Shown here: piece after piece, positions 1-12,782 of the stretch
How positions within the stretch are numbered: position 1 is the first letter of the stretch
Layout: the number at the start of each line of letters is the position of its first letter
NCBI RefSeq assembly: GCF_001194135.2
Contig: NC_068984.1
Location: 1,337,262 to 1,374,225 of the forward strand
Reading direction: 5' to 3'
DNA: 36,964 nt
From: Octopus bimaculoides
Lineage: Eukaryota
Program-made: the position numbers and the translations under genes
The notes under the pieces: model-generated
Told to the model about the DNA's origin: nothing
Databases searched by the model: none
The model's input: only the letters and a program-made list of their open reading frames with translations

Positions 1-1450
1 GCCAAATTAGATTGGAGCCTGGTGTTGCCATCCGGTTTCACCAGTCCTCAGTCAAATCGTCCAACCCATGCTAACATGGAAGGCGGACGTTAAACGATGA
101 TGATGATGATGATGATGATGATATATATATATACATATATATAAATTCAAATTACGACAAACGTAAATAAACAAACGAAGTTTGCTTTTAGAAGCGTTGC
201 GATGTCTTTTTAGAAAGTTAAAGAAGTGATTTTAAATTCTCAATCGCAGAATAATGCTAATAATATAGCCTGAACAGGATAAACTACCCCTATTTTGCAG
301 AGAAAAGTGTAGATATTACAGTGGTTGTCTACTCTTTGTGCAGAGTTTGACCACCTCCTGTACCTATACCTCAGAACCATCAGGACATCTGATGTGACTT
401 TTTAAACCAGACAATGGATTGAAAAGACACCCACAGAGGTTGCATGCACGATTTGGACCACCAAGGGCTGCAGTTAAGTTCTGACCTTTGTGTGTGTGTG
501 TGTGAAAGAGAGAGAGAGAGAATAAGTACCAAACTTAAGAAATAAGTGTTGGAGTTGATTCATTTGACCAAGAATTCTTCCAGGTGGTGCCCCAGCATGG
601 CCAGAGTCCAACGATTGAAACAAGTATAAAAAGTAAATACAGAAATAATAGATTGGCAGAAAGAAGGAAGCAGGAGAGAAGTGGTGGATTTAAAAGAAGA
701 AAAGGTATTACAACAGATGGTGGGGGGTGGGGGTGGGGCTTTCCTCTTATGCCCTTCACCACTTAAGATATCTTGAACCCCCTATTGCTTTTCTGGGGGA
801 CAAAAGAAGGTCAAAACAGGAGACAGAAAGCAGACAGATAAGTGAAGTAAAGAAAGGCAGCAATGAAAGCTAAAAGTACATGTGAAGCACACAGAATAAA
901 GTACAGAGAGAGAGAGAGAGAAAGGAAAAGTGAACATTAAGAGAATCATAAAGAGGAAACTGTGCAGAAGCAGGTCAAAGAGTTGGTGAATTTAGGGAGG
1001 CACATGGAATTTTGAAAGGTTGCAGTGTCCCCACAGCTAACAACTGATGCAAAGAGAGTTAAGAATGTCTTGGCTAAGGCCATATCACAATAGTAAGGAC
1101 GGGATGTGGCCCACTGACCCTTTTCTCTAGTTCCTTATTATATTTCAACTGATAACTTTCATAGAAATACACCTAAATTCAGAGTAAGAAATATGCACAT
1201 AAGAGTATGCACATAAATACTGTAGTTCTGTATAGGGAGTACAGGAGTATATGTAAGTACATGCACACAAAGTGGGCTTCTTTCAGTTTCTATTTACCAA
1301 ATCCAATCACCAGGTTTTGCTCAACCAAGAGCTGTAGTAGAAGAATCTGCCCAAGGTCCACAAAGTGGGACCAAAAGTCTATGAAATAAGGATAACCATT
1401 CAGTCTGATATAGAAACTGTCAAAGAATAATGTAAGTATTGTTGAGCATG

Positions 1451-1611
1451 ATGGAGTACCTAGCCATGTCACAAGAGGGTACTTAGCCATGGCATGACGG
1501 AGTACCTAGCCATGCTACAATGAAGTACCTAGTCGTATCACAATGGAGTACCTAGCCATGCCACAATGTAGTACCTAGCCATTCCATGATGGAGTACCTA
1601 GCTGTGCCATG
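1451..1611. repeat. Minisatellite, 7 x 23 bp (consensus ATGGAGTACCTAGCCATGCCACA)
   Basis: Direct tandem units with no spacers. Confidence 0.9.
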
Positions 1612-2250
1612 AATTTCTTGAAATATAATTTTATAGCTTTAAAAACTCCAAAGTAATGTTTGAATATCTTGTAAAAATGTTTATTGATAATTTTCTTATA
1701 AACTCCATATGTAAGAGTAGTTTAGTTTATAATAAGAAATTCTAATTTTCAACTTTAAAACTTTAACTTTCCAAGAACTGGTTCTTATTTCTATTAAATC
1801 TTCACTGCACCACAAAGTTACGAAGACTGAGGATGACTATCAAAACACAGAAAAACTAATAAATATTAAATGATTACCAAAAACACAACCTTTGTTTTAA
1901 TTAATTTGGAAATAATATATTTAATAGAAGAGACAGAACAGACAAGTGTTTATACTCTGACATTATATTATTTATATTATTTATATAGGACGTTACAGAA
2001 ATGTAAAAATATTTAGGAAAAGCAAAATATAGTCCTTGATTTTTGAGAATCTGCACCAGTCCAAACTCTAATCCATTATACATCTGTTATACAGTTTATC
2101 CAAGCATCTTCTCGTCCATTGTCGTCGTCGTCGTTATTAAGCTGAGATTTGGAACCAAAATTCACTTGAAATTTTGAAGATCACGTTAAACACAAAGTTT
2201 CTATCATAGAATAATGAGTCACCTCAGGCACGGTGGTTTGAAAAGGTTAA

Positions 2251-2701
2251 CCCTTTTGATACCAACCTGGCTGAAACCGCCTCCGGCTCCGTAGTATTGG
2301 GTTGTCCGGAAAGTTTGTGCCGATTTTTAAAGGAAAGAAAAAAGGTCAATAAACACTTGCCATTACATTTTTAATCAACCAAATATGAACCATTTTGTTG
2401 CACAATGCGTCTCCATCTTTCCTTTAACTTGGAAATAACCTCTTCCCAGAATTGAGGTGGTTTCATGGCAAATAAGTCGAAAGGTAAGCTACTATAAATC
2501 GGCACAAACTTTCCGGACAACCCAATACATGTCTTGTTTTCAAAAGCCCTGAATTAAAATCTTCCACTAAACCTTAGTCGCAATTTATGTTCCTAACATT
2601 AGCTTAATGATAACTAAGTTATTTTACTAAATTCTTTGTTATATTTAGAATTAATTGAAAAAAATACAGAGCATCTGAAAGGAAATACGGTAATGAAAGG
2701 G
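2251..2701. mobile_element. Non-autonomous piggyBac-type MITE
   Basis: TTAA|CCCTTTTGATACC ... GGTAATGAAAGGG|TTAA: TTAA target duplication and CCC/GGG termini. Confidence 0.8.
2297..2525 (-). mobile_element. Mariner-derived MITE nested in the piggyBac MITE
   Basis: TA flanks and 30-bp TIR TTGGGTTGTCCGGAAAGTTTGTGCCGATTT. The interior encodes a mariner C-terminus on the minus strand (FAMKPPQFWEEVISKLKERWRRIVQQNGSYLVD*). Confidence 0.88.
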
Positions 2702-2739
2702 TTAAATAGATGAATAAAGTTATAAAACTGTCAACTTAC

Positions 2740-2783
2740 TTGAACCAAGAATAGATGAAATCTTTAAAAACCAATTCAAGTAA
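2740..2783 (-). CDS. SNX14: SNX14 coding exon 6 (LLELVFKDFIYSWFK), PXA domain
   Basis: ttttctag| acceptor and AA|gtaagt donor, 44 nt. Resembles VLELVLENFVYPWYR. No further exon was found to the left, so the gene continues outside the window. Confidence 0.9.
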
Positions 2784-3459
2784 CTAGAAAATACAAAATT
2801 TAAAAACAACTGAATTAACAATATAAAATAAAATATTTTTTTTAATGGGAGTGAGAGAGAAGTAAAGAAAACAATTTGTGAAAAGTTTAGAGATAAAATT
2901 ATTCCAACAATATTGAAATTAAACGGGTTTCATCACAGGACAACAACAACTTTACGATGTACATATATTCGTAACACAGTCGACCCCTTATTGTAAGGGA
3001 TTCTGAAACAGGTTGGATCAGCAAACAGTTTGCTTGTTGAGGCTTATAAACAAGAGCATCAACTCTTATTAGATTCATTAATCTAAGGGGCTGCCTCTGG
3101 TTGATGAGACACAATAATGTTGGAACACCAGCTATCCCAGAGTTCCTTGCACTGATGAATGAAATGTCCTATGAACACAAATTCAGTGTAGAGAAGTTGA
3201 TCTTCTGTGACGGAAGACAACAGTGATTAGCATAATTAACACCTGAATCTGTCAGAACAGAAGAACAAGTCTATCAGCAGCCGTGGCTCAGAATTTCACT
3301 GTTCGTGGTGCATCACCTGAGGATTTCTTATGAAAAGCAGTGTTTAATTTCAATTTCATTCAAAGTTTTCTGTGATTTGTTCAGAGTCTCTTTTGGCCAC
3401 TTCATATATTAGTGAGTAGAAATATATTCAGGAATAACTGAGAGTCATCATTATATTAA

Positions 3460-3816
3460 CCCTTTAGCATTTAAACTGACCATCGTCATCATCATCATCG
3501 TTTAACATCCGTATTCCATTTTTCCATGCTAGCATGGGTTGAAAGGCTTGACTAAGATCTATAGAGCTAGCAGCTGCACCAGGCTCCAATCTGATCTGGC
3601 AAGGTTTCTACAGCTGGATGCCCTTCCTAACGCAACATCTGACCAAAATATTCTACTTGCTTTATGTTCAAACTGGACAGCTCCAGCCTCTCACACCTAC
3701 CCTACAATGTCATTTTAACAGTAAACAATTACATCATTGAAATTTCAAATCTACAAGATAATTCAGGATTTAATTCAAAACAATATGAACAACAAAGCAA
3801 CCTGAATGCCAAAGGG
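3460..3816. mobile_element. piggyBac-type MITE interrupted by a (CAT)n-tailed RTE-end/SINE fragment (about 3481-3635)
   Basis: TTAA|CCCTTTAGCATTTA ... TGAATGCCAAAGGG|TTAA. Confidence 0.78.
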
Positions 3817-4399
3817 TTAAGGAAATATCAGACCAATTATATTGTTAATTAACAACCCAGCTGTTAACTAGTTAATTGGCAATAAATATACATCATCCAT
3901 TCAAATACGTAACAGGCTTCAGTTGTCAACATAATTATGCTTTTAGTCTTTTAATTTATAATAATAACAACAACAATAATAATAATCCTTTCTACTATAG
4001 GCACAAGGCCTGAAATTTGGGGGATGGGTCTAGTCGATTACATTAACCCCAGTGTTTCACTGGTACTTAATTTATTGACCCCGAAGGGATGAAAGGCAAA
4101 ATTGACCTTGGCAGAATTTGAACTCAAAATGTAAGGACAGATGAAAGGCCAATTAGTAGCAGTAGCAGTAGTAATAATAATAATAATAATCATAATAATA
4201 ATAATAATAGCTTCAAATTTTAATTCAAGGCCAACAAATGAGAGGAAGTACTCATCTGGTACTTTATTTGATTGACCTCAAAAGGATGAAGGGTAAAGTC
4301 AAACTCAGCAGAATTTGAACTCAGAAAATAAAGATGAACAAACAAAATGCCAAGAAAAAAAATAATAATAATAATGATGATGATGATGATGATGATGAT

Positions 4400-5030
4400 A
4401 AGCAAGCAAGAAAGCAAGCACAATGAGACAAGACATCATCTCTGGCTGCCCAATCCTTGCCAAATCTGGCATGGCCATGTGGACAGAGGCATGGCCATGT
4501 GGACAGGGGCATGGCCATGTGGACAGGGGCATGGCCATGTGGATAGGGGCATGACCATGTGGACAGGGGCATGACCATGTGGACAGCTACATTCACTGAG
4601 CAACATGCCAATATTTCAATGTGGAAATAAAGAAGAAGTGGTACAGGAACAGGACAACAACATGGCCATAATAATTTGGAGATATGTCCATCCAAGGTGA
4701 CAAAGAGATCAGGGCAAACCATCCAGACATTATGATAAAAGACTGGAAAACAAACACATGCACACTGAATCGCTTCTGATGAAAATATTTACCAGAAGAG
4801 GATGGAGAAACTGTCAACAGGGAAAGACCTTGAAATATTGGAGAAGTGAAACTGGAAATGGTACCACTCGTAATTGAAGCATTAGGCATGATTAAAAGAA
4901 ACATGGAAAAAGACATAGAAACCATATCAGGACTCACAACACTACACACTAACCCCACCCAACCCAAAAAAATATAACTCTGCAAGGCACAGCCAACATC
5001 TTGCACGAGACTATCAGTTCAAGAGAACAG
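4400..5030 (+). mobile_element. 3' fragment of an RLE-type non-LTR retrotransposon (R4/Dong-like)
   Basis: Decayed IISGCPILAK (CCHC knuckle), HDHVDSYIH*, KKWY, DMSIQGDKEIRANHPDIMIKDWK (PD..D restriction-like endonuclease) and VPLVIEALGMI, followed by a CAA/CAC-rich tail. Confidence 0.72.
4468..4586. repeat. Minisatellite, 6 x 20 bp (GGCATGGCCATGTGGACAGG)
   Basis: Direct tandem units lying inside the R4-like ORF remnant. Confidence 0.92.
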
Positions 5031-5989
5031 TTTCTGAGTGAATAAAATAACTTGATCAGATCAATCTTCAGACACAACAACCACCACAACAACCACCACC
5101 ACCACAACCACCACAACAACCACCACAACAAGTATCTAATAATCTAAAACAACACAACTTAAACAACAAATACAAGATTAAGGCTTAATAATAGAATAAT
5201 ACAACTGATCAACAAGAAACAAGGAAACGAAACCCTTTAACAAAACTGGTGCAGCAGACTAACAGGGGGCGTTTGCATTCCCCCAGGCTACACAGAAATA
5301 AGAACACCATGTTGCAACACCATTGAGGTGCACCAGTTGATGCAGTTGAAACTTGCATTAAACTACCAAAGAAAAACTTATAATAATTCTTTCATATTCT
5401 GGCACAAGGCCAGCAACTTTAGGTGGGGGGGTGGAGGGATAGGTCAATTGCATTGAATCCATGGTTCAACTGGTACGTATTTCATTGATCTCATAACAAG
5501 GAAAGGCAAAGTTGCCCTTGGCAGCATTTGAACTCAGAATGCAGAGATGAACAAATTATTTGCAGTATTTTGTCTGATGAGTCTGCCACCTTGCTACCAT
5601 AGTAGTAGTAGTAGTTATTGTTTCAAATTTTTACCACAAGGGCAGCTTGGGAGAGGTGGGGATTAGTCAATTATATCGACCCCAGTGTTCAACTGGTATT
5701 TATTTCATCGGCCCAAAAAGAGGAAAGGCAAAATCAACCTCACCAGAATTTGAACTCAGAACGTAGCGATGGGTGAAATACCACTAAACATTTCATCCAG
5801 TGTGCTAACCTTACAATAATTCTCCTTTTATTGGCCACAAGGGCTAAATTAGGGAGCACTCTACTTAGATGTTACAAAGAGACCATTTGACACAACATCA
5901 AGATGAGATTCATTCTCAAAGCAAAACATTCGTTTCAAACAGAAATTAAGGAAACGTTAAATATAAAAATGCGTGAAGCTGACATTTAC

Positions 5990-6068
5990 CTCGCCAACAG
6001 CTTTGTCTACACTCTGTGGAATATTAATACCATTCCAAGGCTGGAAAGCTAGAATATTCAGCTCAGGT
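5990..6068 (-). CDS. SNX14: SNX14 coding exon 5 (PELNILAFQPWNGINIPQSVDKAVGE), start of the PXA region
   Basis: ccctaaag| acceptor and GAG|gtaaat donor, 79 nt, phase-compatible with both neighbours. Resembles [27 protein letters not shown]. Confidence 0.92.
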
Positions 6069-6539
6069 CTTTTAGGGAAAAAATAATATATATATATATA
6101 TAAACAGTAAATCAACGAATAGAAACAGCAAAAAGTTGAGTAAAATGAAATAAATACAGTGATGCTTTGGAGTGCATCCTGCTGCTAGGATTCAATTGAG
6201 ATGATTGGTTTGACTACACCTCCCCACCCAATAGTCTTGGAAGTTCTGTTAAGGGGGGTTATTAGCACTGCCTACCTTTCTGACTGAATGATTCACAAAA
6301 ATGATAATGTGTATGACATTTTGGTAGAGTGAAATAGTCAGTCGTACCCTCTACTGCAAGAAACTGGTTCTGCTATAACCCTTTTTTTTTTCTTGTACTT
6401 TAGCCCTTTCTACTCCTCCTCATCATCATCATCATCGTTGTTTAATGCTGGCAAGGGTTGGACGGTTTGACTGAAGACTGGCAAACCAAGAGGCTGCACC
6501 AGGCCCCATCCTCATTATTGACTGACTGCATCTTTGTAC

Positions 6540-6830
6540 ATAAATCCTTCATCTCTCACAAACCATTATTCATCTACACCTAAGCTTCCTTAAGGATCAC
6601 CAAATTATTGAGAAGAGCAGCATTTGACAGGGGTCAAACACCTCCAAGTCAATGAAAGCCAGCAATAGGAATTTATTCTTAGGCAAGTATTTCTCCTGCA
6701 GTTGCCTCACTAGGAAGCTTACATCTGTGGTACCTCTTCCAGGCACAAAGCCAAGTTGCATCTCATCTAGGTCAATCCTAACATGGATCAATCGTGCTAT
6801 GACACTCTCTCCATGACCTTCACAACTTGA
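6540..6830 (-). mobile_element. RTE LINE reverse-transcriptase fragment
   Basis: DEMQLGFVPGRGTTDVSFLVRQLQEKY...LAFIDLEVFD. Confidence 0.85.
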
Positions 6831-7025
6831 ATTCCTTCGATTAAGTAATTAAACAAAAACATTGAAACAAAAATAAATACAAATGGTCAATATGATCAAC
6901 TAAGTCCCATCAAGTCTATGCTCCAGTATGGCCAGTCTAAATCAATTAAAAAAGTATTTGAAAAAGACAGAAGTTCCCCAAACTAACCAAACATAGAAGG
7001 TAATAGAAGGTGAAATGTATGTTAC

Positions 7026-7099
7026 CTGTGACGAGGACATTTTCTTTGTCCACAAACACTACACATTGTTTTCATCAAAGACAGTTCCTCTTCTTCTTT
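7026..7099 (-). CDS. SNX14: SNX14 coding exon 4 (KEEEELSLMKTMCSVCGQRKCPRHR)
   Basis: ttttacag| acceptor and CAG|gtaac donor, 74 nt. Contains the CxVCGxxKCxRHR motif typical of SNX14. Confidence 0.92.
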
Positions 7100-7658
7100 C
7101 TGTAAAATTTAAAGTTGAAATTATTTCCAATTTTTATTAAAATTTTCAAATCCACAAAAATTAAAAAAATCTAGAAAAAAAAAGCAATTTATCAACTGAT
7201 TTGTTTGAGAAAAAAAAAGAAAAAAAGAAAAGTAAAGAAAATTTAAAAAAGAAAAGTAAATTCTAGTGTGTCCCAGTGATTAAATTAGTTGTTGTTCATT
7301 AGAATGGTGATTATTTAACATTTAGCAATAACACCCAAAGATGGACAACCAGACGACATCTTTTGGTCAAACGAGATATCTTCCTCCTATTAGACTCCTT
7401 AACATCATTTCTCAATTGAGCTCTTGTCTCACAGGTCTTAACCAGCTTTTAATCATCGTCTCTCACCTTGATTCAGTGGCATGTAAAAAAGCACCCATTA
7501 CACTCTTGGAGTGGTTAGTGTTAGGAAGGGCATCTAGCCGTAGAGACCATGCCAAACCAGACTGGAGTCTGGTGCAGCTCCCCAGCTGACCAGCCCTCAG
7601 TCAAACCGTCCAACCCATGCCAGCATGGAAAAATGGATGTATGATGATTATGATGATA

Positions 7659-7691
<33 letters not shown>

Positions 7692-8059
7692 TCTATGACT
7701 TGTTTCAGTCATTTGACTGAGGTCATGCTGGAGCACCGCCCTTTATCTGAACAAATCGACCCCAGGACTTATTCTTTGTAAGCCTAGTACTTATTCTAGT
7801 GGTCTCTTTTGCTGAACCACTAAGTTACAGGGATGTAAACACATCAGCATTGGTTGTCAAGCAATGTTGGGGGGGAGGACAAACACAGAAACACATATAC
7901 ATGTATGACAGGCTTCTTTCAGTTTCTGTCCATAAAATCCACTTAAAAGGCATTGGTCAGTACAAGGCTATAGTAGAAAACACCTACCCAAAGTGCCACA
8001 GTGGGACTGAACATGGAACCATGTAATTGCAAAGCAAGCTTCTTACTACACAGCCATGC

Positions 8060-8092
<33 letters not shown>

Positions 8093-8188
8093 TATATGGG
8101 AGAATATACGAAAAAACAACAACAGACGAGGACAGGTGGTGTAAATAACAAAAGGATGTATTAGTATGACGCTTGGGAATACGGAAAG

Positions 8189-8221
<33 letters not shown>

Positions 8222-8319
8222 GTCTCTCTGTCTCTCTCTCTATATATATATATATACTTTACTTAAAAGCAGCAGAAAATATAATAAAAGCTGTTATATA
8301 TATATATATATATATATAT

Positions 8320-8725
8320 ATCATCATCATCATTTAACGTCCGCTTTCCATGCTAGCATGGGTTGGACGATTTGACTGAGGATTGGTGAACCAGGTGGCT
8401 ACACCAGGCTCCAATCTGATTTAGCAGAGTTTCTACAGCTGGATGCCCTTCCTAATGCCAACCATTCCGAGAGTGTAGTGCGTGCTTTTACATGCCACCA
8501 GCATGAAGGTCAGTCAGGCGGTACTGGCAACGGCCACGCTCAAAATGGTGTATTTTACGTGCCACCTGCACAGGAGCCAGTCCAGCGGCACTGGCAATGA
8601 TCTCACTCGAATGACTTTTCATGTGCCACCAGCACAAGTGCCAGGAAGGCGACGCTGGTAACGATCACGCTCAAACAGTGGTGCCCTCACGATTTCGCTT
8701 TCACTTGCCCCAACAGGTCTTTGTA
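8320..8725 (-). mobile_element. (GAT)n-tailed RTE 3' end/SINE, representative of the most abundant dispersed repeat here
   Basis: CATCATCAT-TTAACGTCCG-CATGCTAGCATGGGTTGGACG...GGATGCCCTTCCTAATGCC. Other copies lie at about 1-120, 3481-3635, 6421-6510, 7440-7650, 9213-9410, 12430-12630, 13880-14060 and 32960-33345. Confidence 0.85.
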
Positions 8726-8986
8726 CCCGGTAATTCCCAGGGGTAAAGATGTTCTGTTGAAATGCCTTATTACTCTGATCTAAGAAAACAATTTCATTAT
8801 AACTTCCACATTATAGTGAACTTTGTCCATAATTTGAATATATTTCTGCATTTCTGAGGTTTTTCTTTTTCATCTATTATTTTACTTTAATGCGTTTTTA
8901 TACCAAAGTTACCAAAATACAAACACAGAAACAGCAAAGAAATTAGAAATTATTCATGCAATTTATAAGCATTTATTTATACTTAC

Positions 8987-9038
8987 GAGTATTTTCCGAT
9001 TGTACATAAACAATAAATTAGGGAGCAGGGAGTCCTTA
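8987..9038 (-). CDS. SNX14: SNX14 coding exon 3 (KDSLLPNLLFMYNRKIL)
   Basis: ttttatttctactttctgacag| acceptor and CTC|gtaagt donor, 52 nt. The DSLLPN motif matches SNX14 (PDSLLPNIFF). Confidence 0.9.
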
Positions 9039-9809
9039 CTGTCAGAAAGTAGAAATAAAATCATTTTTAATAAAGGATAACAAGAAAACAGAAATTATTG
9101 AAACCATTACAGAATTTAGACAAAAATTCTACAATCAAAGTCCAAATCAGATTTAAATAATTTATCTTAAAAATTCCGTTTTTGTTTGTTTGTTTTTTTT
9201 CCTTTTTTATATTATGATCATCCTCATTTAACATCCAACTTCCATGCTGGCATGGGTCAGATGGTTGGACAAAAATCAAACAAGCAAGAGGACTGCATCC
9301 AAGCTGCAGTGTCTGCCTTGACATGGTTTCTGCAGCTGGATCCCCTTCCGAGCGCCAACCACTTTACAGAATGTACAGGGTGAGTTTTATATGGCACCCC
9401 GGCACTTACAAGTAATTTAAAAGGGAAATTCCCTTAACTGAGCGGAAGGTGAAGCAGAGAAGCTAAAGCGGGGACAGGTGCCTAGCTATGGAGAAGATAC
9501 AGCCCCAGATGGGAAGAGAGATAGCAGTGATGAGGTGGCAGGGTGTGCCCTCAATATACAAGAAGGGGAATATGAAAGAAAGAATAGGAACAGAGGATTA
9601 GGAAGGGTAAGTGGGGGGGGGGTAGATAAGTTTTTGAGAGTGTGAAATGAATGAAAAACGCTACGTTTAGAAGTGTGATGGTGAAGTGGGTGTCAGAGAG
9701 ATGCAGTGTAGGGAAGGCTTGACAAGAACAGATGGAAGCAGGGGCAGAGCTATAAAATGATTTTAGGACCTTAGTTTTGTTGAGAATGATGGAACTGCAT
9801 AATCCCAAT

Positions 9810-10253
9810 GAATCACCAACTATCTTGGTCCTTTCTTGTCCCTTCCATCAAACTCAATTGATGTAGGAGGTCACAGGTCAGTCTTTACTTCTACATCCCA
9901 TGTCTTCCTTGGTCTCCCTCTTCTACAGATTCCATCTACCTTTAGTAAGCAGCACTTCTTTAGTCAGCTCTCCTCATCCATATGCATCACATGATTTACT
10001 AGCAGAGTCTTCTCCCTTATTACACACTACATCTGATACCTCTTACGTCCAATTTCTCTGTCAACAGACTGCACTGATCCAAGAACAAGATCATCAGCAT
10101 AGACGAGTTCCCAAGGGCAGCCAGTCTTAAACTCTTTTGTTATGACCTGAAGGACTAAGATAAGAGAGGACAGAGCAGCAAACCCTTGCTAACTCCTCCT
10201 TGCACACAGCTTGAACATATCCCACAAGACATTCATCAACACCTAGCACTCTC

Positions 10254-10255
<2 letters not shown>
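9810..10255 (-). mobile_element. Decayed RTE LINE fragment
   Basis: LGVDECLVGYVQA, a WLPLGTRLC (LLYADD-region) remnant and RRGRPRKTW. Confidence 0.7.
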
Positions 10256-10310
<55 letters not shown>

Positions 10311-11579
10311 TGCAGGTGACTTGTCAAAAGCTTTCTCCTGATCAATGAATGCCAGGAGGGTCTTTACATTTTATATTAATTGTTGGTGTTGTTGTTGTTG
10401 CTGAATAGTCTGAGACAGGGCAATAGAAATTACTCCATTATTGGAGCCATCATCCCCTTTATTGTCATAAGAGAAGTGGTGGGTTCAAATTCACTTGTTT
10501 TGTTGTCTATGCAGATCCTAAGCTTAATTCTACATGCTTCAATCAGGGGACAAATACAGACCTTGGGAAAATATTAATATTATACAAGTTAAACCACCAT
10601 CGTATTCCAAAAATTTTATCTTTCATCGATTTCATGCTGAACTAGAACAAATTTTCACCCTTAGCTACCACAAGATTTAGTAGACACAGCTTTATTATTA
10701 TTATTATCATTATTATAGTGTCCAAGGATCCTGTTGTTGCAGGGCCTTCACTACTGGTGAACAAAAGAGAGGAAGACCTTGATAACCTCAGACCAGTAAC
10801 TTGTACTAACTACTTCCAATAGGGCCTACTCTGCTGGGAGACACCCAGGGACCAGATGAAAATGCTAAGCCAGATAATGGATTAAGTTTTAGATCTAATT
10901 ACAGTAACACTTCTTCTGCTCTTCCACAGTTTTTATTGACCAAATTCTTCTATCGACCAAATTCCATTCCCAAAACTGGAATCAAACTAAGGCAATGACA
11001 AAAGACATTTGACCAAGACACCACACAGTAGGATTGAACTCAAGCCCAAGGGGTTGCAAAGCAAACTCGTTGGGTTGCTACATTAGAGAAGTCAGGCAAC
11101 TAATTGGCTCAATTTTACATGGATTGTTGGAAGAAATGTTTTGTAGAGAGATTCACTTGTTATTGCCAACCACTGCATTTGCTAAGTTGTTCACATCAAT
11201 ATGATATCAGAGAGAAGGACTCTGAAGGAGAGGAACAACAGGAAGAGGAAGTTGAAGGACATAAAAAGACTCTCATTGGAATGGTATTTCAGAAGTAAAA
11301 CCGAAGGGTAAGGATACCAAGTGTCCAAGTGTAATAATTTAGAAAGTTTTGGGATTCTATGAAGGTTGATTACAGCAACACATTAAAAAACAATCAAATG
11401 AAAGTTTTTTAAATGGTTTTAGGAAGCAATGAACAGTGTCATGATCTGTTTTACGTGAATCCTGAGAAGGTGGAAATTGGAGGGAATCCTCAAACCAAAC
11501 ACCTGACCTGAATTTTACCTTTTTTTTTTTTTTTTTTNNNNNNNNNNTTTTTTTTTTTTTTTTGTTTTGTTTTGGCTTT

Positions 11580-12300
11580 ATATGGAGTAAGGGTCTGCAT
11601 TAACAGTCTTTAAGGCTCTCAATATGGTTAATGGTCCTCTTGAAAAACTGCAAGTCAACAGCTCGAGGTGTTGGGAATTCCAAGGAGGGAATTCCAGAGA
11701 ACTCAGTGGGAAAGACTGAGTAAAGGGGTTAGTGGAAGGGTGGGACGGCGTGGTGTGTATACAATAAGGGTGAAGAGAGGAGAGAATGAAAGAAAAGGAA
11801 CAGAGGTCCCTGTGGTAGCAGTAGAAAAGCAAAGAGGAGTAGGGGGAGAGTTTGTAACAGATTGGTGTCCAGTAAACTCAGACATGGGTCAAGTGTTGGA
11901 CCAGTTGATGGTTTGAGTTGACAATTTGAGTAGTAAATGTCAGATGATATAAGTTCAATACCATGTGTACTCGAATTTAAGTACACATGGTACAATGTCC
12001 TTCAGAGTGAAGTTCTTTGTGAACACCAGTTACGTCAAGGCTAAATGCCAAGATCTCCTGTCCATAGAAAGACAATGTAATAGATGCATCAGGAAAGATA
12101 GAGATTACATGAATCGTTTTTTTAAGTTTGAGAAATAAAACCATTGTCTACAGACTTCTGAAGATGTCCTGTTTTAAGAACTGGTTGAGTTAAATGTGTT
12201 CAATATTTTGTTACAGACATGGAGACACATTCACTTCTCCTCACTTTGACTGTGGAAGGGCCTTTGGGTCACCTCATCACCATTATTTATCACTTCACAG
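11580..12300 (-). mobile_element. Highly decayed Penelope-like element RT fragment
   Basis: Remnants ILAFSLDVTGVHKELHSEG, SVPFL..LIVYTPRRPT and SFPLSSLEF...CSFSRG resemble PLE RT motifs. Confidence 0.45.
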
Positions 12301-12782
12301 CTACTACTGATTCAGTTCTCACTCTCTCCACTGAAAATGAGTAGCCATGTAGCAACCCTGCAACAAGAACCTGTTCTTCCCCCCACCTCCTTCTGTCACC
12401 TGCCCCTCCCTTTGGATTTCATATGTTTGCAAGCTGCATGGTGACCTCATTGGTGCCAGTGGTACAAGAAAAGCAACCTGTCCACTCTGTAAATTGGTTG
12501 GTATTAGGAAGGGCATCCAGCCACAGAACCCATGCCAAAGCAAACACTGGAGCAGGACGTAGGCCTTAAACCCTTTGGACCCTGTCTAATCATCCGACCC
12601 AACGTGGAAGAGGGACTTTAAACAATGATGAGAAGAGATACAGATTCACACATACATGTATAGGATTTTTATATATATTTGATAAACACAACTGTTATTT
12701 TAATTTGTTCATATTTTAGCAAATGTTCTTCATTGAGTTATTATTAATGGTCTGTTACTAACGACAGATTAGGTGGACTTAC

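Noticed and set aside
1451-1611. Regular 23-bp repeats (also the 20-bp and 26-bp arrays) as a CRISPR array
   Set aside because: There are no unique spacers, the units are head-to-tail, and the context is eukaryotic; these are minisatellites.
2899-3420. ORF-like, less AT-rich stretch in an SNX14 intron
   Set aside because: Most frames contain stops, the short open frames show no recognisable motif, and there is no phase-compatible splice pair. It is probably an old unidentified repeat.
4220-4722. Poly-I/M/H/S ORFs and similar short ORFs elsewhere in the track
   Set aside because: They are translations of microsatellites and minisatellites without splice or homology support.
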